Below are positions 27,265-39,102 of a stretch of 64,000 bases of DNA, piece by piece. Source of the stretch: Balanoglossus misakiensis. Taxonomy: Eukaryota; Animalia; Hemichordata. The stretch spans positions 2,232,001 through 2,296,000 of the forward strand of contig CM082577.2 in the NCBI GenBank assembly GCA_040954595.2. The letters run 5' to 3'. The notes under the pieces are model-generated. The model was not told the origin of the DNA. It worked only from the letters and a program-made list of their open reading frames with translations, and did no database searches. The position numbers were made by a program, and so were the translations under genes. The first letter of the stretch is position 1. Each line of letters starts with the position of its first letter.

Positions 27265-28783
27265 TTATCCAGAGCAACCTGTAATGAAGAAATTAGTAAA
27301 TCAATACATGTTTATGGGGGGGAATTTGAGCTGACTGCTTCAAACACCAGTAAAACAAAAATCACTGATAAGTCCAGTGGGTAGGAGAGAGAGTCACAAT
27401 TTCCATGCATTCACCACTGATCGTTTTAGTATTGGAGAAACTGAGGGGGAAATGGGGATGTTCTTACCTCTACAGCCACAGTGTACACACTCTACAACTT
27501 TGCCCTGAATAGGAATGGAAAAAAAAACTGTTTGAAAAAAAAAATGACGTCCAGATCTTGCAATGTATAATGTCAGTCTGTAATCTGGTGACAATCAAAA
27601 GGGTGCTGATTATCTTTTTCTGCTTTGAACACATTTATCACGGGAATACACGCATAACATACATGTATTTATGTTATCATGTGTTGTGTTGCAAATCAAA
27701 CATATGGGCAGGCAAGCTGCCAGAAATGCTGCCCTCTATGGCCAACCTTACCTCTTCCAGCTTACTCTTTGGTACTCTGCATATACAGTTTGTTCCGAAA
27801 TTGGTATCTCTGGTCTGAATGCAGCGAAGACAGCAAAGGTTTTCATAGCCCTGTTTCTTCCACTTTGCTATCAAATTTTTGTCTGCGTAGCCCTCTTTGA
27901 GGCAGAAATCATACAGTTCTGTTAGAAAGAAACATATGAAAAAATAAATATGAAATGTCATATATAGCAAGGTAGGGACTGCAGATGAAACATGTTCACG
28001 TTGATGCACAAAAGTCTGGTTGCGAAAAAATTTGGTGAAGATAAATATATGCTTTCAATTCTCCATTGCACTCCTTAATTGAAATTGACAGTTCCATATT
28101 TCCCATTCAATGTTGTTAAAAAATACCTCACCTCTACTGATAGCTCTCCTCTTGTAAAATAAGTCAAAGATGTATCGTGATCGTTGATGGTGCAGTTTGA
28201 AGATTGGCCAGAGTGCTTCCACTTTCCTTTTGCCTTCATGGGGTTCAGTTTCAGCTGTTATAAGATGAAATATGGATAAAGAATCAGCAAAAGTAAAGAC
28301 ACATTATCCACAGTGTTCCATCCAGGATGCCAGGATATTGGGGGAGGGTTTCCACTCTGGCAAGGGAAGTTTGATATCTCCAACATATGAGTGACATCAT
28401 TTTCAGGGGCACTGGTCTCCTTTTACAAGTTGCTTGGGAGTGCCAACATGTCAATGGGGGTTGAATCTCTCCCCCCCCCCCCCCCCCACAGCGGGGGAGA
28501 GATTCGTCTTCTAGAGTATCATACCAGGATATGCACTTGCAGTAAATGTAGTCTAGAACTATCCTTGAGACTTTGGCATGGGGAACCACATCGAATCGAT
28601 TTGTTTATGGTGCCATGATATTGGTAAACTAGCGTCCATTGTTGTTAGTACAACCATGGGCTCCATGGTACAACAGTCAACATGCTTACCTTCTCTCATT
28701 TTCTGATCGAGTTCGTCGAGTGTTGGTTCGATCAGTTCCCATCCTTCGGGAGGCGGTTTTCTACTTCTTTTCACTTTGGGCAT
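27265..28783 (-). CDS. BUD31: Protein BUD31 homolog (G10), 144 aa. Exons 28783-28690, 28254-28132, 27918-27752, 27504-27468, 27278-27265
   Basis: [31 protein letters not shown]|[41 protein letters not shown]|[56 protein letters not shown]|[12 protein letters not shown]|GCSG*. All junctions are GT-AG. Confidence 0.98.
28311..28470. mobile_element. Partial copy of a CAGTG-ended MITE family in BUD31 intron 1
   Basis: Begins CAGTGTTCCATC and shares TTCCACTCTGGCAA(A)GGGA and ACAAGTTGCT...GTG.CAACA...GGG.TGAATC with the element at 54869-55034. Confidence 0.55.
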
Positions 28784-29394
28784 CACTCCAACCAATGCCT
28801 CCGCGTTCAATCAAGATATGTATAGTGCTGACAGGGCCCTATTTCAAGAAAACGAATGTTACAACAACGAAGCCAAAACGACACTCATTGACCCAGATGT
28901 GACCTGTGACGATACTTCCGCTGCTGGTGCATTGTGGGCACCCAACCATCCAGGTCTTCTTGTTTTTGTGTGCTTCCCTGAATCAAACGTATTCTATGGA
29001 AGAATGGCGATCAATTTGACCTAAAGTATTTTCCCTTGGTCTTGTGGACAGATGCTTATTATAAATGTTGGTTCCTGGCCATTTCCGTGTGTGTAACGTG
29101 CATGATCTGCCCAGACATGCACGGTTTACGTCTTTGTTTTTATTTGCAAACAATCAAACTATTTCGCTTTTCTTTTCACGAGACCAAGGGGTCCCAGTGA
29201 ATCGTACAAAGAATTGGATACCCACAAAACATAAGACAATAAACGCATTGTTTTGTTTCGAGCATATTCGATATGTCCACACAGCACGTCCACTCTTACG
29301 GGACGTGTACTGACATGACAACGACAAAATCATGCGCCCAGCCCCCCTAAGCTCTACCTGTAGTATTAGGCTTGTCACACCGCGAAGAGACAAC

Positions 29395-31444
29395 ATGGCG
29401 GCGCCTAATCCCAACCCAGGAAAGCGACCAGTCGGTCGTCCCCGCTCAAGCGACATGGCGAAGAAACTGGCGAGGGCCAAGAAAAATGCAGGAAAAATAA
29501 ACATTTGGCACCAAATTGATAGATGGAATCGGATAAAGAACGATTTACTGCTACCGTCGAACACCGCCGTTGCCCAGTTCCTAATCGACTGGTAAGTTTG
29601 TTTTTTTTCGAGCCAACGACTTTCGCACATTCACAGTCACAAGTTGCGGCCCATACTGACCGCAGATAGATGTTTCATGTGAGTTCTAATTGTCTTCTGC
29701 TAGATATTTATTTTTGATCTTGGAATTCCGTGACAAGGTTCTGTATTATTGTGTAATGAGTTCAACATGTGTACCCCATGCTTGCAAGGAAGTATACAGT
29801 ATACTAGTATGTTTCGGGAGGGGTTGCTGTGGTGTCAACTCTTGATTAAAACAATACCACCCTTCCCGGCCCTCTACACACACTCATAGCACCCACACTT
29901 TAAATTCGCGTAATTGCAGGTAGTTCTGACCAGATCCCATCTACCGCACGCGTACTCGGCATAAAAATATACATTTCCCAAACTTCCGAGATACGTACTT
30001 GAAAGGTACGTACTTGAAAGTCGTTCGCATAACACGGTGTGCGCATGAGCGTAGATCATAGATGGCAGTCAGCAGAAGACTCTATGTACGTATGCTATGG
30101 ATAATAAGCCGCGGTTAGGTCGTCCCCCACTTAGCGAAGCGGAACGGAAACGTTCTCGTAAGATTCGTACGACAGGTAGCATCAATATATTCAAACAAAT
30201 CGGCCGATGGAATGAGCTCAAACGAAGTTATTCGCTGAAAACTAACACGAATACTGCCAAGTTCCTGCTCGACTGGTAAGCATATCGGAGCATTGTCAGT
30301 GATATAAAGCTGAAATCGTTTTCCTTAAAAAAATATCCCTGTTATATGATAGGTGATTTCGTAGTCTCGGTTACCCAGACCCCTCTGCTTCTTCCGTTGG
30401 GCACTCCAGAAAGAGGGTCTGGGAAAATACCATAAAAAATCTCCATTGTCGGTATTACACCTATAATAATAAAGGGAGTAGTCATATCCAGAAGGGGGGG
30501 GGGGCTGCAGTTGAAAGTTATGCATGTACATGTACTATAGTAATCAGCATCACTTTTTCATTTGTCTGAATTGCAGGTTCTATGCAAACCAACCAGTGAT
30601 AGCACGGCCAGTCCCACTTCTCTTGCCACCGAGTGCTCCCTACCAGGAAAACTTAAACCACGTAGAAGAGCATATGCCAAATGCACCTCCAGTATCAGAA
30701 CCACAACACAGGTAATGCAGTCGCCTCTTTTTATTTTTATTTCACAGTAAATTTACACTGGGCTCAAGTAATATATAATTGGCCATAGAGGGCAGTATTT
30801 GATGAGCTGGGGCAGTTTGGCCAGCTTGCATATTATCGTCTGTCATTTCTTTTTGTAAGTGTACTCGTGCACAGAGAACAGGAATGGTTTTTGACAGTGT
30901 TCGGATTGATCAGGGTATCAGCTTTAGTATATATATATAGATCTTTTTCATAAAGATAATTTATCTTTGTTGCTTGGCTTACAGAGAGGAGACAACAGAG
31001 AATGGGCATTCTAGTGATTCTGACAGCGAAACATCTGAAAATAGCGATGGAGTCCAAAGGTTTGTCACTCTCCTCTGAGATCCAACTTTAAATTTCAGCA
31101 CTGCAGCAGAATTCATTGGCTCCTAACACAGATCATCTATGTGTAAAACCGTACCTGGAGAAATGCAAAACATTCCTTAGACGAAATTGTGCATTAAATA
31201 CTCAACGTATTTCAAGAAGCTCCCCAAAACACACACACACCATAAATGACTCTTTCTTCTTCTCTGCAGGTATCATGTGACCGGCTCCGTCATCACCAGG
31301 ATGGAGGGCGAGGCCACCACCGTCAGGTGCTCCAGCGAGTCGGTGCTTGAAGCTGAGCCGACAGAGGAAGAAAACGTTAACCGGCCAGTACAAAAAAGTG
31401 CCCAGCAAGTGCGTGTGAAAATTGAGCCTCAGGATCCCAGCTGA
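29395..31444 (+). CDS. Uncharacterised nuclear protein (~190 aa): AT-hook plus ZNF653/ZNF692-N-terminal-like module. Alternative first exons 29395-29591 or 30097-30275, joined to 30577-30711, 30985-31059, 31270-31444
   Basis: Both first exons end GAC TG|gtaag (phase 2) and splice in frame to ttgcag|GTTCTAT. The downstream exons are phase 2 with GT-AG sites and end ...QQVRVKIEPQDPS*. Exon A is MAAPNPNPGKRPVGRPRSSDMAKKLARAKKNAGKINIWHQIDRWNRIKNDLLLPSNTAVAQFLIDW. Exon B is MDNKPRLGRPPLSEAERKRSRKIRTTGSINIFKQIGRWNELKRSYSLKTNTNTAKFLLDW. Confidence 0.78.
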
Positions 31445-34400
31445 AGGTCACCAAGGCCAAGTGCCAAGGCTTATTGTCATCCACAAGGACTGCTTGCATC
31501 ATTGGAGCAAAACATTGCAGCAGACAATGTGTGACTGCAGGCTTGGTACTATGGAAAAAAACCTGGTTTTACCAAGTTGAGGGTTGAAAATTGACACATC
31601 TCACAAAACATGACAGGGCAGAAGTGTTTTCCGTACAAACAGGGAATACATGTAGTTCTACTGAAATCACGGGTCAGCTGAAGTTAATATTGAGAGTGAG
31701 CAATGAACTGTACTTCTGAGGTTGAAGCTGCTGGGCAGATGTAAACATTGAATCACGTAGAAATATTGTGGTAGCGATATCCCATGGTCCGGATCTTTGA
31801 AAGAGTATTGCATATGAACTTGTATCAGGAGAATTATGACAGTATTATTTCGCTGTCGCATTGAAAACGATTCAATAATATGGTAAATTATTCCTTTGAC
31901 TTGTCTTCATGGGAATTATCGGTTTATGACTAGTTTTGTTCTTTCAGCATCAACAGAATGAGAGGCGTTTAGGTTGGGTTCCATCCATATGTCCGTCCAA
32001 CCAGAAACATTTGTCTGTCGTACCTTAGAAAAATTTTGGTTAATCACAAGATTCTGACTACAAGATTCCTTCATACAACAATTACTAGTATTTCACATTA
32101 CTTTTGGTGGTAGCTAGTGGGTCATGATGAAAGTAATACAAACTGTGCAATTAGTGTATGATGCGTATTTTGCTGTCCGTGCTTTGCATCAGTACAGAAC
32201 AAGTTGTGAGCTCCCATGATGTACCGATCAAAATGTTCAGGATACTGGTGGCTGAAGAAATAGATTACAGCGCCCCCACGGTGCGCCAAGCAAAAATTAA
32301 ATAAAAAAAAAATTACTAATTTTCCCCCCTCTTTGCTCATGCACGTACAACTGACGATTTCTAGATCAGAGCGCTCTTAGTATCGATTTTGTCTCTCGCG
32401 CACGCAAATTCCGGTCCATTTTCCTCTCCTCCCCCCCCCCCCCCCAGGGCAAAAACGTCTTCAGTGTTAAACGTGAATGACAATAGACAACGAATGACAA
32501 GAATGGTCAAACGATGTTTAACCATTCTTGGAGAAAATATTTTAAGTGTCGCCTGGGCAAACATTGGCACAGGAATCCCACAGGATGTTGACCGTCTTTG
32601 AAGTCCAATTTATTCCACATACAACCAAATATAATGGATATTTGGAGAGAGAATACCGCATTTGATGGATGGTGCTGAACGCATTCTTCGCTTATTGTGA
32701 TAAGTAAAACCGTTTAGCCAAAACACCTCATCGTTCTCTAAAAGAAAGTTTTGATTGTGAGTCGCTGCACATTAGTGACTCACACGTAAAACAAAAGTGC
32801 GACAGAATATTGACACGACAGGGATGCTCTTAGCCTGTAAACGTTGCTTTTGGCGAACAAACGATAAGACTATTTCATGCTCCCGTTTTCTTGGACGAGT
32901 ACGTTAGGGTGGTCGGTTATTGATTATTGTACAAATGAGACTTCACTGAATGGTCTACAAGCCCCACTTACCAGTCAGTAATCACTGCTGGTCATTGCAC
33001 TAGTTTGTAAGTGTATCACTTATCAGGTCACCGCAATCAGTTATTCTTGAAATACAGGTATAACTTTGTCGAAATGAATGATTGTGTAAATAAAGCCCCG
33101 CCTAACATTCAGAAGTCACTTGAAGTCATAACACTGTTGTTATCAGTATACGTACAAACTTTCAGGTAATCCAACACAAGAGAGGGGGGACAGGCAGACA
33201 GATAGAGATCGGTACGACATTTTGCTTCGTACACGTTGTGAATACGGGATTTGAGCTAAACATAGACGTGAGGTTCAATTTATCATGTAAATAAACGAGA
33301 AACTGTCATAAGATCAGAAAAAATGTGAAGAATCGATGCTGCGGAAGTTGTTGATTTTCGGGGTGACGGACGTCGGTCGGTCACGTCGAACACTTTTACA
33401 ACTGTTTCAAATGAACGAGCATAATATGCATTAGTATTGTACACACTCTGGTCAATTGGTGTCTCGAGTACCTCCCTGTGCATCCGTCGTTTGCGTCTGC
33501 GGTTGCCTAGCGACACGTGCAAGGTTGTATCCAGGTGATGCGTATAGTTGACTGGGACCCAGCCAGAGGCATGCATGTAAATATCCCTCGGTCAAGTAAC
33601 AGCCTCGACACAGCAAATCAACCAAATCAGATGAGTATACTGTTAGATCCTGCAAGAAAAGTAGAAACACAACCCGAGCTTCATGTTTATCACTTCTCGT
33701 CGTGTTCTTGGACAACCTTTTCTTCACAGAAACGACAAGGGGGTCGAGTTTCCCTTCTTTAAATGCAAACCCGATTATTCTTTAAGAAACTCGACGAGAG
33801 AACCTTAATCTTATTTATATTAAAAGGTCTTGCCGGGTTAAGTCGCCCTGAACCTCGGGTTTTCTGCAATCATGCTCGTCGACAACAAAGAAGGGGTTTA
33901 ATTATTTGTGGCAACAATTGAAATCAAATCGCATAACTACGGCCTCAAAACGCGAGACTCAGGGAAACGCCAGTCACGCGAACGAATGTTGCTAACAGTT
34001 AACGCCGGGTCATGGACTATATATGCATGGCCACGCAGAAAGGTGCATCTATCATGGGAGAAGCACTTGGACTGTGGACGACGGCACGAAGTCATAAAAT
34101 AAAACGTCCTGTGCGAGTGAAAATTACTTGTGAAACTCTGTACATAGGGTCGCATTGAGTCGGACGGTATTTCGGTGGGTTGAAATTTCACAGGTGCTGC
34201 ACAACCAACCACACCGGCAGACGTCACACAATTAAAAGATCGAGAACATGTGTATTACTATTAACACGTAGCTTAGACACCATCAACAGGTTGTTGTCCA
34301 GGTCACTACGTTGTATTTAGGGCTAGCAGGATCCAAAACAAAGTATTGACACAGGCTTTGGCCACCGATCCCTTTATCGCGTTAATAAATGAAAAGTAGT

Positions 34401-35559
34401 GTTCCAATTTCGTGATCTGTTTTCACTTTTTTGGCGTTTTGATAGCGTCGATGTGACACCTTGTGTTTGCACGAGTTATTTTGAAAGAGGGTCTCGCTGA
34501 ATAGGCCATTCTTCAGTAGTCAGGGGATTACAAATAAAACTGACAATGCAACGAATTGCTGCCGGTGGCACGGGCTGTGTGGAACCCGGGGTCTAAGGTC
34601 ACTGGCACCGTGCCACGCAACGACGAGCTGCCCGGCTGACTCGACCTGTCAAACTCGTTGAGTGTGGCTACTAGGCTCCACGGGGATCATTCGTCACGCT
34701 GCAATGATGCCGCGAAGACTCGAACAGGTGTCTTGTACTAAGTGACAGGAGACAAGTTTTGCTGATATGGCACCCTGTGCTGAAAATACGCTCCGAGTGG
34801 AATGAAACGTCAATGGGTGCTTTTTTTTTACCGCGCAGACTACAGAAACCGAAGCGGGAAAAGCTTGACGGAGAGACAGACTATACAACGGGGGTCAAGA
34901 CGCGTATTCATTTGTGTACACATAGCGAGGAATCTGTCATCCGAACATGACAACGTAACATGGTTACAATCAACCTGGCGCGGCGGAACGTGAATGCCAA
35001 ACTACAGGGGCCTAACTTGTGTTAAAAACCAACTCCCGAACTTTTCCGACGGATTACACTGGTGACGTCGTCGAATATACGGACTGTGATGGTGATCTCT
35101 TCACGGATGTTATTCGTAGTGCTGAATTGGACGGCTTTTGACCGTCAAACACCCTGTGCTTTCATCTCTGCAAGACTGGCTCGGCTGCATAAACCACTAC
35201 CCTTAATTTAAGTAATTTGATTTTATTCTCGATACAACCACTTTAATTTCGGTCGTTACCGACAAGTCGAGTGCCGGTTGCCCCTAACAACTATCTCATA
35301 TTCATTAAAATCGGCGCTGAGAGATACGTGTACGAAAAAGAACAATTTGTAGAAGCAATAGTATTACGACACAGCATTTGATTTTGGATAATTTCTATCG
35401 ATAACTGACGGAAACCATCATGTGGTTTATCGCGATTCGCACTGACTGAAATTAGGCGGTTGTTTTTTGTGTTAAAAGAGGCAATCCCCGCGGTATTCGA
35501 TCGAGGAAGTTGTTGTATGTGAGATATACACGCACAAAATTCACCTGTACTCGGTAAAC

Positions 35560-36648
35560 ATGCCACGACAGCGTAGCGCAGTTAATGGAGTCGCATCCAC
35601 CAACCATTACGTCGACCCGCGACACCTTCGCCGTCAACGGTCCCAGGACTCTGCAGCTGAAAGACCGCACGACATCGAGTCCTGGCGGGACAACGTCGAC
35701 AAGATGAGGACCAAGTCCCGCCTGTGCGAGCGTGGCCGGCTGTACAACCAACTGGATTCCAAGTCGGTGCTGGACAGGGCCATCGAGGCGCTGACGAGCC
35801 ACACGGCGCCACTGTACAGGCCCGAGGGCAGGGGACGACGAGGATGCTTCGGCGGGATGGAGAAGGCGCAGAGCCCGGAGACGAAGCCGCGAAGGCCGCG
35901 AACAACCCGTTCAACGGGTGACGTTGAGAGCGACAAAACGGGGTCTAAGACAAGCTTTTCTTACCATTCCCCTTCGAGAACCACCGTGACGACAATCAAA
36001 GAATTTATCTACAACGACGCCGGCTTCCCGCGACCGACGTACGTCGAGGATGTCCGGAGAACCAAGAGCGTCAGCGACAACAACAGGCGATCCAGCAAGA
36101 TCCTGGAGAAGGAAATAAACGATATCGTGGACAGGAGGCGGCTTGTGAGTGAGAAACAGCCGGCGAACGACACGAAAATCGCCTACTCGAATCTCCCGAA
36201 CGCGGATACATACGAGTTTGTCGCCGCCGAGGTCGAGCCAGAGAAGAAGCCGAAGAAGAAAAAGAAAAACCTGGTCATCAGGCCCGCCGAGCAACTGGAC
36301 GGCGACGACGTTTCCGCCGACGCGGGAAAGGCGGCCGCGCCGAGGGAGAAAAGCAAATCCACGGTGCATGTCAAGTTCGAAGACGAGCAACTGAGTGTTT
36401 CGGGCGGAGGAGTGAGGAAACAGACGATAGACTGGGGGAAAGTAAACAAGGCGACTGGCACTGTGGAGGCGGAGGAGAGCGATCAGAAACTGATCAAGAC
36501 GTTTGCCCGCCTCTACACCGATAAATCTTTCGGGGACTCGGAGAACATTGACAGAGAGGTGAGTGCTTACAAGACGTCGGGTCGAGCCACCTTGGGTCAG
36601 ATCGAGGAACCGGATGTCCCTGTGCATCTTCGAAAACGAGAAATTTAA
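35560..36648 (+). CDS. Uncharacterised 362-aa charged, probably disordered protein (single long ORF)
   Basis: Uninterrupted 1089-nt ORF, markedly GC-rich with G/C-ending codons against AT-rich flanks, aaacATG context, and a basic cluster KKPKKKKK. I recognise no family. Confidence 0.65.
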   Translation: MPRQRSAVNGVASTNHYVDPRHLRRQRSQDSAAERPHDIESWRDNVDKMRTKSRLCERGRLYNQLDSKSVLDRAIEALTSHTAPLYRPEGRGRRGCFGGMEKAQSPETKPRRPRTTRSTGDVESDKTGSKTSFSYHSPSRTTVTTIKEFIYNDAGFPRPTYVEDVRRTKSVSDNNRRSSKILEKEINDIVDRRRLVSEKQPANDTKIAYSNLPNADTYEFVAAEVEPEKKPKKKKKNLVIRPAEQLDGDDVSADAGKAAAPREKSKSTVHVKFEDEQLSVSGGGVRKQTIDWGKVNKATGTVEAEESDQKLIKTFARLYTDKSFGDSENIDREVSAYKTSGRATLGQIEEPDVPVHLRKREI

Positions 36649-39102
36649 TATGGAATCAACGACGGGATACAACCTGGGAATTTTGCTGCAATATAAAACG
36701 AGATTTGTTTTCCAGTTTCGGGCGAAGGGATTGGGATGGATAAAAGCCGAAAGTAAATAATATCGCGCGATCGTCCAGCACAACACAATGCATTCTATGA
36801 CGTACCCAGTACCCGGAACACAAAGAATTCAACCACCTTGTAACGCATGATTCATTGGGATCAATTAGTGAGAGACTCGTCAGCATGGTGTGCATTGTCA
36901 AAAAAACTAGAAGTACGAGCACGACGAAAATTGCCAATCGACCGTTTCCTGCTTTTGATCACGGTGGTCTCGAGTCCGCGGAGGCGCCCTTTCCTTTACG
37001 TGGTGGCGGTCATAGCATATGACAGGTACTTGTGAGATTTGTTTCAACATTATTCCATGGAAAGTCCAATAGGTGCCGCAACTTTTAGAGGATTCGTTAC
37101 AAATAGTATACGCGAGTTCTAGAAATCGTCCCGAGTCTACTACATGAAAACACACAGCTGCACTCGTGTCTGATACTTTACTTTACTGTATCGCAGAAAA
37201 TTATTCCAGTCACAGAGAACTGGATAGTGACCATAACACCAGCCCCAACATCAGGGCCAAGTCTAGTTGCACGAGCACTATCGTATGCATATGCCCTTGG
37301 GCATTCCAAAGGCTTCAACTTGCCCAGCGGGGCCAACGCAAGTCACCCACCGCAACAAAACACATAGACACGACCCACGGCTACGATTATTGCACCTATC
37401 TCGAAATAATGTCGCCCCAAGGCTGTTTAATTGTACGCAGGCGATTCTTTGAACGTCACAGCCACGTGAGTTTAGCATTCATCAATGCTGGAGTCGAGGC
37501 TTTATTCTGTATTCGTGTAAACTTTATGCAACCGTCAGTGTGCAACTGACTTTGGTTGCTTAAAATGTTTTGTTGAAGCGCTATAAGCTTAAATTTTGAA
37601 GATAGAGCACAGAGATGGACTGTGGCTGCAAAGTTTGAGATTTTTCAAATCTTTTTATGTGAATTTTAGTTGGGACATGAGTTCATTTTTCAATAATATA
37701 CTAGCAATTCACACAGGCAAGTTGTCTCGACAGTTCAAATGTTTCACGGAACACACATCGCCGAAAATCTCAAAATGTGCAGCCGCGGTAACTTTAATCC
37801 GTCCAATGTATTACCGCCGATGCATTGTTTATTTATCCGAGAGAGAATCATTTACAACACAGTTTAAGAAACTTCCAAGTACACTGTGCGACGTGATCGA
37901 TTGACAAATGCTTGTTTCTCCGTATTTGATAATAAAACTTGACTAAAAAATACCAGAAGGCGGGGTATTCTTTTGGTTTCTTTCAGGATAGCCGCAGTTT
38001 TATTACATTTTGGCGTCTCATATGTTGAACGAAAATAAATCTGCAATCATTTGTTGACTTGGATTAATACACAGTGATCAGATTGATAGTTGGAACGGTG
38101 ATATACTTGTAATCGCGCAGTCATTTCTGATGGAAGTATATCATTCAACTCAAGCTACATCGTCCGCAGACGACCTTGGCGGGCGAAGATGCCCAAGCTA
38201 TTGAATATTTTTTTTCTCAGATAACAGATTTTGAAGCATCCCTTCCCACACAGGTGATAAGCGGACACACCTGAAACTTGAGGCTTCGTGTTTTCGCCGA
38301 ACGGGTCCGATTTGTGGTCGCCAACATTGGAATGTTTATGTCTCCTTGTAAATAATTACTTTACTACCGCCACTTGTTTGTGTCCACACCAATGGACGCT
38401 CCGAAACTGTGTCTACCCAAAACACAAAAGCATCCCGGAGAGTGTTTTCTTCGGGAGAAAGTGATACGTTCAAACAAAACGTTTTCAGTCGATCAGTACA
38501 AATGTTTGTCTTGAGATTAATGTGGCCGCGTCCCCATGGTGACGGACGGGCGCTTTGTGTGTCCATCGAGTGATTCGACCAAAATCCTCCACCCGACGTA
38601 ATCGCTGAAAAGTGCAGGAGCCCAAGAGCAGTAAATGTCTCAAGGGGCCGGGGTTTATTCTATGCTTCCTGGCGTCTTTTGTTATCGATGGGTGCATTAA
38701 GTGCGCGGGCCGTGATCCCCAAATCCGCGGTTAATCCCGCCGCTGTGGTATATAATAAAAGTAACGACCACAACATCTTTTGTCGGTGCACGGCAGTCCA
38801 CCGACTTTGTCGCCAACCCGAAGATTCCGAGAGAAGAAATGTATCGTTCCGTGACACGCGATCAAGGTAAAAAAAATTCAACATCGTCTGATGGAAACTC
38901 GGCCAATATCACTCTGTCATAGACGGCAACTTCACTGCACCAGCCCAGAACGTGTGTGGTTTGCGAACAGCTGATAAACAGCGCCATAACAAATAATAGG
39001 TTGTCGAAACCCGTATACAAACTACCATTTGGGTTGTCAAATTGTGAAACAAGTACATTTTTATTATTCCGCGCGTCACCATGGTGATTAGAGTAATAGT
39101 TT

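Noticed and set aside
29154-29630. 158-aa minus-strand ORF
   Set aside because: Antisense shadow of the exon A region. The plus strand has the Kozak ATG, the splice donor and a paralogous exon.
20457-32445. Poly-G/poly-C runs at ~20460, ~28471, ~30494 and ~32431
   Set aside because: Simple homopolymers, probably decayed repeat remnants, with no independent evidence for G-quadruplex function.
34560-34700. GC-rich patch with a 9-bp stem GTGGCACGG/CCGTGCCAC, considered as a ribozyme or SECIS
   Set aside because: No hammerhead, HDV, twister or SECIS core could be fitted by eye, and no in-frame Sec codon is nearby.
35911-36786. 291-aa minus-strand ORF and other overlapping ORFs
   Set aside because: Antisense and alternate-frame by-products of the GC-rich 362-aa ORF, with no recognisable motifs.
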